Shown here piece by piece: positions 57,736 through 64,000 of a stretch of DNA of 64,000 nucleotides. The notes under the pieces are model-generated. The model was not told where the DNA came from and did no database searches. It saw nothing but the letters and a program-made list of their open reading frames with translations. This stretch comes from Anaerovibrio sp. (lineage in GTDB: Bacteria > Bacillota > Negativicutes > Selenomonadales > Selenomonadaceae). The stretch covers positions 3,233 to 67,232 of the forward strand of contig NZ_JAILFV010000095.1 in the NCBI RefSeq assembly GCF_024697385.1. The letters are read 5' to 3'. Every line of letters begins with the position of its first letter. Position 1 is the stretch's first letter. The translations under genes and the position numbers were made by a program.

Positions 57736-59883
57736 TCAATTTTTCTTTTCAACCACCTTGATGGTACTATGAACAACATTATCTATAATATAATCTGTGG
57801 TATATCTGGATACAGGCTCAGCTGCCGGCTTCACTGCCTCTGGCTTTTCACCACTTTCCAGGGCTTTTTTTGCCTGCTCCTCAGCTTTTTTTGCCTGCTT
57901 GATAGCCTGCTTTATAGCTTCCTTTTGCTGGGCCTCAGTCATAGGCGGAGCCACCGCAGGTTCGATGATAATTTCATTATTGCGGTTTGCGTCCACCATT
58001 TTCTTTAATATAGCTTCTGTTGTCACGGATTTGTCGGCCTCAAGCTCTTCATCCCCGCCCTGCTGGGCCAACAACAGTTTCGCAACATTTACCAGACCAC
58101 CACCGTGAATATCCAGGCTGAGAGTGCCGGGAAGCTGGGTTTTGGATACTGTATATGGTACATCCATCACCTGCTTTTCACTGCGATACGGTTTAATGGT
58201 AACCTTAAAGGACAGCTCCTCTCCAGGTGTTACCTCCGTCTTGGACGGAACAGCCGATAACAGTGATGCAGTCTTTCTTTTTCCCTCAATAAAGACATCC
58301 ACCTTGATATCAGTAATATCAGCCTCTCTGTCCTTGTTGTTGCAGATGGCATTCATTACCTCTGTCAGCTCACTGATTGCAGGCTTGCCCACATCAGCTG
58401 CATTATAGAACATATTATTGCGCTCCACCAGGGAATTTTCAGCGACACTGGTACGCACGGCAAAATTTATCCTGGCAGTTCCGCCCATTTCCCTGTTAAT
58501 AGTCTTGCCAAGAGCATCATAAACCATGGCTGTGGAAAGGGCCGGCACTAATTCCTCGTCATAGGCAACCATTGAATTATATGTAACGGATTTCGCCAGG
58601 TCTACATCATTTACGGTAACCCTGACCGGCACATTTTGTGGGAACTCCCCTAAAATACCGGCAATACCGGCTTCCCTGTCCTGATTGATACGCCCGATCA
58701 AGGAGGTATTGGAGCCCAACTTCATTCCGTCCAACGGACCGTGCACCGTAGATATAACATTGGATCCGGTCATAAAATAATTAACATTCCCCCTATGGGA
58801 AAAAGGATGTCCAAAGGCCAGAATCCGCTTGCCATCCACAGCAGTGACAGTTCCTATAGCCCCTATACTATAATCTCCAACAGCCGCGGCCACTCCAACT
58901 GCACTTCCTGGTTCCAGGCTTGCATCATATTCAACAGTGTTTGCCCCGGCAAAGGAATTCCATTCAGATACATTCTTTATATCAAAGCCCTTACTCTGAA
59001 GATCCTCCCGCACGAAATCAAGCCCACGCTGGGTGAACCCTGATGCCACAAGCACTGTTTTTTCATCAACAGCCTGAGAATCAATATCTGTAGTATCAGC
59101 AGCCTGCTCCCCACCATCAGTTGCCTGAGGTGAATTATCAGCAGATTGATCCCCAGATTCTGCAGCATTGCCATTTTTATCATTATCACCTGAATTATCA
59201 GCCGGCATTTCACTCTCATCAGGAGATTGATAATCCTCCCTGAGATTATCTGCCAAATTTGGATTATGCCATGTGGATTTCAGGTTATCCGCCAGATTTG
59301 GATTATTTACCTCCGGGAAATGCTCAGGATTTATTTCATTCAGGGCAATCTTAATGTCCTTTACCTTCTTATCAAATTCCTTTTTTTCCTTTTCCGCATC
59401 TTCACGGCTCTTTTTGATATCCACCTGTGGCAGGGAAGTTTTGTTTTTGTAATCAGGATAATCCCAGATTTTTACCATATCAGCAATAGGTGTTACCAAA
59501 ATTCCCTTATTGATATACATATCCTTTATACTGGCAGATAACGCTCCCACCAGTTTTCCATCTATGTAAATCGGGCTGCCACTCATACCTGATATGGCAC
59601 CACCGGTTTCCTCTATCACCGGGCCGGAGATATCAATCAATATTCTTGGTGAGCTCATCTTGCCGCCACCCATCCGGCCTGTAACCTTAACATCAAAGGA
59701 GCGGATCTCGCCACTCTGGTCAATTACGGTATATCCCTTGCCGGTCATCCCAGGCGTTACATCATCAATATTTATTGTTTCCGGCATGGCAGCATAACAG
59801 ACTGTTACCGCAGCAACAGCAAAAGTCGTACACAATGCCAGTACATTTTTCTTTAACTTCAATCTATATAAAAATTTTCTCAC
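57736..59883 (-). CDS. SpoIVB-like peptidase (family S55)
   Basis: Signal peptide, PGMTGKGYTV, GAISGMSGSPIYIDGKLVGA, later AFGHP domain. Confidence 0.88.
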   Translation of the reverse strand: MRKFLYRLKLKKNVLALCTTFAVAAVTVCYAAMPETINIDDVTPGMTGKGYTVIDQSGEIRSFDVKVTGRMGGGKMSSPRILIDISGPVIEETGGAISGMSGSPIYIDGKLVGALSASIKDMYINKGILVTPIADMVKIWDYPDYKNKTSLPQVDIKKSREDAEKEKKEFDKKVKDIKIALNEINPEHFPEVNNPNLADNLKSTWHNPNLADNLREDYQSPDESEMPADNSGDNDKNGNAAESGDQSADNSPQATDGGEQAADTTDIDSQAVDEKTVLVASGFTQRGLDFVREDLQSKGFDIKNVSEWNSFAGANTVEYDASLEPGSAVGVAAAVGDYSIGAIGTVTAVDGKRILAFGHPFSHRGNVNYFMTGSNVISTVHGPLDGMKLGSNTSLIGRINQDREAGIAGILGEFPQNVPVRVTVNDVDLAKSVTYNSMVAYDEELVPALSTAMVYDALGKTINREMGGTARINFAVRTSVAENSLVERNNMFYNAADVGKPAISELTEVMNAICNNKDREADITDIKVDVFIEGKRKTASLLSAVPSKTEVTPGEELSFKVTIKPYRSEKQVMDVPYTVSKTQLPGTLSLDIHGGGLVNVAKLLLAQQGGDEELEADKSVTTEAILKKMVDANRNNEIIIEPAVAPPMTEAQQKEAIKQAIKQAKKAEEQAKKALESGEKPEAVKPAAEPVSRYTTDYIIDNVVHSTIKVVEKKN
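59243..59306. repeat. 39-bp-period duplication inside the peptidase linker
   Basis: AGATTATCTGCCAAATTTGGATTAT and AGGTTATCCGCCAGATTTGGATTAT; both encode NPNLADNL. Confidence 0.75.
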
Positions 59884-60032
59884 TCAATCACCTCATAGAA
59901 GAACAGCTTAACGAATATATTATAGCCTATCCTCAAGAAAAACAACAGTATTATCCCACCATTGTTCAAATTTTACCACTGTCAAAGCCACGATTGGTGG
60001 ATATCCTTCACCGATTCACGCGTAACACTCAT

Positions 60033-61481
60033 TTACTTTCTTACAACAATCAGCGCATTTCCTATACTCCGCTCAGCTCCACCGGAAGGTTTGCTGATAA
60101 TCCGATTGTTCAGGACCATCTCACTTGATCCACCGCCATCATAATTAACTCCCTGTACTGCACCAAATTTTTTTAGCAGCTGGGCAGTTTCAGACAGACT
60201 GCTGCCAATACTATGACTCTGGCGGCCATCCACTACCATCAGCAGTATATGACCATTCTTGGCTATCCCCAATGCTGTCCTTGGAGCTCTGCCATTCACT
60301 ATGTTACTGGCTATATTCTCCTCCGCAGCGGTAATACTCACCTGTCCATCCTTCAAAAGCTGCGGTCCGGCACCGTAAAAATCATCACCATCAGCTATCT
60401 CATCACCAAAGGATTCACTAATAACAGCCCGATCTCCCTTTCGCACATCGGCAAACAGCGCCTGGGATTCTCCATGCACAGACACAACGACTCCATCCTC
60501 AGGAATAACACTGTTTCCCTTATTAACTTCCTGAACCATGCCCTTGCTTATGACATATTCACTGCCATATTCATTGGTTCCGGTAGTTGCACCATACAAT
60601 CTGTTATAAAGCACAATAGAATCCTTTCCCCTTGGGGCATTAACCCCCCAAAAGGATATACTCCTGCCATTTACGGTAACAGTCCCGGAATAGCTTGCCT
60701 TGCCAACAGCATATCCACCATTTTTCTTTTTGATAAGTCCTGCCCTTGTCTCGGCTCCCATACCGGCAGTCAATCCATCTATTCTAACATCGCCAATCAG
60801 GAATTTATCAAAGAAATCAAAATATCCACCATTGACCCCGGCCACAGCGTTATTGCGTCTTACAATATCAGTGAGGCGCCCATAGCCAGTGGTAATCTGG
60901 CCCGTAGGCAAGGCCATCCGGACATCGAATTTATTGGGATCTATATCCAGCAAATAAGCCGTAAGCATTCCCCTGGAATCGAAGCGTACATATTTTTTCT
61001 GTACCAGTCCGGCTTCTACCTGTGTCGTTTTTTCATCTTCATACTCATTAGTCAGGTCCACAACTATCCTATCAGGATTTTTCAGGGTATACACCTTGAC
61101 CGGAACAGCCGCCTTCATATCGACAATAAGCTGCAGTGTATCACCATATTTGCCCAATATCATGTCCTTAAGTATCCCCCGGGTTGAGGCTGGGGCCTCT
61201 TTCAGGGAAGTATACATTCCATCTATATTTATTACCAGGCGGGTATTATTATTTTCAAAAAAATACTTGTATTTTTTAGCCCCACTGAGATCCAAAACTA
61301 TCCTGGTGGTTTCCCTGGTCCCGCCTACGCGTATGTTCTTCAGCTCTGTGCCCTGCAGCTGTGAACTGACCACAGCCGGCTTTTTGGCAGCCGCAGCCAT
61401 TACATTCTGCGCACTGTAATTATATGTAATTGTCATAACAGCCATTGACATGGCCACAGCCAATATTTTTGTCTTATTCAT
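60033..61481 (-). CDS. AMIN-domain phosphodiester glycosidase (NAGPA/DUF2233) family protein
   Basis: Signal peptide, TRIVLDL..NPDRIVVDL (AMIN), NGGYF, GAGP.L, RAPRTALG, VDGR, DGGGSS. Confidence 0.85.
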   Translation of the reverse strand: MNKTKILAVAMSMAVMTITYNYSAQNVMAAAAKKPAVVSSQLQGTELKNIRVGGTRETTRIVLDLSGAKKYKYFFENNNTRLVINIDGMYTSLKEAPASTRGILKDMILGKYGDTLQLIVDMKAAVPVKVYTLKNPDRIVVDLTNEYEDEKTTQVEAGLVQKKYVRFDSRGMLTAYLLDIDPNKFDVRMALPTGQITTGYGRLTDIVRRNNAVAGVNGGYFDFFDKFLIGDVRIDGLTAGMGAETRAGLIKKKNGGYAVGKASYSGTVTVNGRSISFWGVNAPRGKDSIVLYNRLYGATTGTNEYGSEYVISKGMVQEVNKGNSVIPEDGVVVSVHGESQALFADVRKGDRAVISESFGDEIADGDDFYGAGPQLLKDGQVSITAAEENIASNIVNGRAPRTALGIAKNGHILLMVVDGRQSHSIGSSLSETAQLLKKFGAVQGVNYDGGGSSEMVLNNRIISKPSGGAERSIGNALIVVRK

Positions 61482-61500
61482 AACACTATATTCCCCATTC

Positions 61501-61534
61501 AAAAGGGCTATTGCGCAAAAACGCAACAGCCCCT
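61501..61534 (-). terminator. intrinsic terminator after flgJ
   Basis: Minus strand AGGGGCTGTTGCG-TTTTTG-CGCAATAGCCCTTTT. Confidence 0.75.
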
Positions 61535-61562
61535 ATCATTTTATTTACGCTTTTGTAGTATC

Positions 61563-62036
61563 CTAGCTTTTCTTCAATCTATGCTGCATAGCTCTTTCTT
61601 CCAGGTCATTTCTGGCCTTGTCCTCCAAAGTAAGCTGACGATACAAAACATCCGCCAGTCCTACGCCACCGGCAGCAGCCATGTTATTGACCATTTCAGT
61701 ATCAAGCATGTCCTGCAGTATCTTATCGGCATTTGAATTACCAAACAGAGTATTTTCAGGCACCGTATTGCGCATTTCCCGATACATGATATTCATGAAC
61801 ATGGCCTCAAAGCCCTCACAGGCCTTGCGAAGCTTCTTGTCGTAGGCTAGCTGTTCGGCAGTCTTTGCCTGGGTTTCCCCCGTGGCATCAGCATTTATAT
61901 GTTGCTTTGATTCCATGCTCTCGGTCGCCTGCTTCAGCTGCGCGGCGAAGCTCTCAGCATCAGATACCGCCTTGGCGCCTTTATCATTTGCCTGTTGAGC
62001 CAATACCCAACTGCTGTTTATGTTATCAATCTGCAT
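61563..62036 (-). CDS. flgJ: FlgJ rod-binding protein, no muramidase domain
   Basis: LRKACEGFEAMF..MR.TVP, GGVGLADVLYRQL; follows flgI. Confidence 0.85.
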   Translation of the reverse strand: MQIDNINSSWVLAQQANDKGAKAVSDAESFAAQLKQATESMESKQHINADATGETQAKTAEQLAYDKKLRKACEGFEAMFMNIMYREMRNTVPENTLFGNSNADKILQDMLDTEMVNNMAAAGGVGLADVLYRQLTLEDKARNDLEERAMQHRLKKS

Positions 62037-62050
62037 AATCGATCACCTGC

Positions 62051-63169
62051 TTAGATAATTTCCAGTTCAGCATGTAATGCTCCGGAAGCCTTAATGGCCT
62101 GTAATATCGAAATAATATCCCTTGGTGTGGCACCTACTGAATTCAATGCTCCCACAATATCATTAACATTGGCTGTAGCCGGCAAAACGATGGAATTGGC
62201 CTTTGCCTCTTCAACCTCTGTATCCTCAGATTGGGTAACAACAGTGTGTCCCAAGCTGTAAGGAGCTGGCTGATCCACTTCAGTTTCCTTGGAAATCTTA
62301 ATACTCAGACCGCCCTGGGTAATGGCAACGCTGTCAACAGAAACATTACCACCCATTACGATGGTACCGGTACGCTCATTTACTACCACCTTGGCCACAT
62401 TGTCAGGAGTAACATATATATCCTCAAGGCTGGCCACAAATCCCACCACATCATTGCGATAATAAGCCGGGACTATGACATCAACCCTGCCTGGATTTGC
62501 TGCCTTGGCAATGCTGCCATACTGCCGGTTGATGGCCTCTGCAATACGGCTGGCAGTGGTAAAATCAGCCTTGGACAATGACAGTGAAAGATTATTGCTG
62601 ATGGAAGCCAGATCATCCTCCACAGTTTTCTCTACAATAGCACCATTTGGTGTCGTACCAACCGTAGGAAAGTTCTTTTGCGCAGTCCCGTTACCACCTC
62701 TGCCGGCAACAAAACCTCCTGTAGAAACAGCTCCCTGAGCTACAGCATATACATTGCCATTAGCAGCCTTCAAAGGAGTCTGTATCAAGGTTCCCCCCTG
62801 AATACTGGTAGCATCACCGATAGAGGATACCGTAATATCGATATTATCCCCCTCACGGACAAACGGTGGCAATGTGGCCGTGACTATAACTGCAGCAACA
62901 TTTTTAGGCTTAAGGCTGCTGGTATCTATTGATACCCCAAAAGCCTGCATCATATTGCCAATGGACTGCATAGTCTGGGTCATCTTATTGGAATCACCAG
63001 TTCCCTGCAAACCAACCACCAGGCCATATCCCACCAACTGGTTGGAACGAACTCCCTGTACCTTGGCAATATCCTTTATTCTTGTGGACGCACTGGCTGC
63101 AAAAACCATGCTGGTAGTCAGCATACAGATACAGGCCACGACTGTCATTATTTTAATAATATATCTCAT
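62051..63169 (-). CDS. flgI: flagellar P-ring protein
   Basis: RIKDI..VQGVRSNQLVGYGLVVGL.GTGD, KNVAAV, NERTGT, GALHAELEII. Confidence 0.96.
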   Translation of the reverse strand: MRYIIKIMTVVACICMLTTSMVFAASASTRIKDIAKVQGVRSNQLVGYGLVVGLQGTGDSNKMTQTMQSIGNMMQAFGVSIDTSSLKPKNVAAVIVTATLPPFVREGDNIDITVSSIGDATSIQGGTLIQTPLKAANGNVYAVAQGAVSTGGFVAGRGGNGTAQKNFPTVGTTPNGAIVEKTVEDDLASISNNLSLSLSKADFTTASRIAEAINRQYGSIAKAANPGRVDVIVPAYYRNDVVGFVASLEDIYVTPDNVAKVVVNERTGTIVMGGNVSVDSVAITQGGLSIKISKETEVDQPAPYSLGHTVVTQSEDTEVEEAKANSIVLPATANVNDIVGALNSVGATPRDIISILQAIKASGALHAELEII

Positions 63170-63191
63170 GAGTAAGCCTCCGTATAGCACA

Positions 63192-63782
63192 TCAGAACAG
63201 AATATTGAATATCTGGGTAAGAATACCCTGTCTCTGCTTGGCATTCAACGGCCCCTTACCATCAAACTTAAGTGTAGCATCAGCTACCTTGCTTGACAGT
63301 ACAGTATTTTTATAAGAAATATCATCTGAACGGACAATTCCCCTCAGAGTAATCTTGTGTTCATTTTTATTGTTCCAAATGGATTGTGTCCCTTCCACAA
63401 CCAGGTTGCCATTAGGCATTACCTCCACCACTGATACGGTGACAGTACCTGTTGCCTTATTGGTATTAGTGGCACTACCGTTAGCCTTGAAGCTGTCAGA
63501 GCCGCTGGCACTGGCTGCTGCCAAGAAACCAAAAATACCGGTACCGGCACTCAGGCTTTGAGATCCTGATTTGGAATTCGAGCTGTCCTTTGTAGTCGAA
63601 GTACTGGCAGACTCACTAATGAGAATGGTCAATATATCTCCCACCTCTGATGCTTTACGGTCGGTGAATATATTGCGGGGCGAATCATTCCACAGGCTCA
63701 CTGCACCAGCAGTTCCCGGAAGGCATATGCCCATCTGCACAAACATCACACCTGCCAGAAAGACAGACAAAATATATTTCAT
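63192..63782 (-). CDS. flgH: flagellar L-ring protein
   Basis: DRKA..VGDILTI.I.E, PNGNLVVEG, GIVR..DI...N.V.S..VAD, QGILTQIF. Confidence 0.92.
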   Translation of the reverse strand: MKYILSVFLAGVMFVQMGICLPGTAGAVSLWNDSPRNIFTDRKASEVGDILTILISESASTSTTKDSSNSKSGSQSLSAGTGIFGFLAAASASGSDSFKANGSATNTNKATGTVTVSVVEVMPNGNLVVEGTQSIWNNKNEHKITLRGIVRSDDISYKNTVLSSKVADATLKFDGKGPLNAKQRQGILTQIFNILF

Positions 63783-63816
63783 AAAGCTCACCCGCCTCCA
63801 TACAAACAACACCATG

Positions 63817-64000
63817 TTATGCAGCAACCTCAACATTGTTTTCATCGATTACCTTGGCTCTTAAAATACGCCCGGATGTTGTATTTTTTACATTTATGTA
63901 CCTGTTCTTACGGCCGTTCTCCATGGCCACGCCCTCTGCAGTGACCATTATGCCGTTGACCTCGGCTTTGATATTCACCTTGGTCCCATGAAGAATACAA
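63817..64000 (-). CDS. flgA: flagellar P-ring chaperone FlgA, 3' end
   Basis: Manual translation ..GTKVNIKAEVNGIMVTAEGVAMENG..INVKNTTSGRILRAKVID..VEVAA*; upstream of flgH. Confidence 0.82.
   Translation of the reverse strand, partial: CILHGTKVNIKAEVNGIMVTAEGVAMENGRKNRYINVKNTTSGRILRAKVIDENNVEVAA

Noticed and set aside
19240-64000. The large LPS/outer membrane cluster as a novel system or horizontal acquisition
   Set aside because: It matches the described conserved outer membrane cluster of diderm Firmicutes; only individual unexplained members are flagged.

Overview
A 64-kb chromosomal segment from a flagellated diderm Firmicute (Negativicutes, Selenomonadales-like; inferred from gene content). 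Nearly all genes are on the minus strand. About 19-64 kb is the known Negativicutes outer-membrane biogenesis cluster: flgA/H/I/J, an AMIN-glycosidase, a SpoIVB-like peptidase, mlaEFD-tolC, tamB, a sigma factor, bamA, three ompH/skp-like genes, lpx/kds genes with a waaA-lpxK fusion, msbA, lptCAB-F/G, DUF3084 and wecA/wecB. About 10.7-17.8 kb is a complete F1Fo ATP synthase operon, and 1-3.2 kb holds ftsW, trmB and a degenerate enhancer-binding protein. The accessory part is about 3.9-10.6 kb. There a divergent LysR regulator, with a readable double operator and promoter, faces a Cys-rich ACGX-type repeat peptide, its radical SAM/SPASM maturase, a nitroreductase, a second radical SAM enzyme and an exported alpha/beta hydrolase. 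These are followed on the same strand by a zinc-macrodomain/class M sirtuin (SirTM) ADP-ribosylation pair lacking its usual GcvH-L/LplA partners. This RiPP plus reversible ADP-ribosylation arrangement is the best candidate for an undescribed system. No rRNA, tRNA, CRISPR array or transposase was seen. All calls come from reading motifs by eye; no searches were run.
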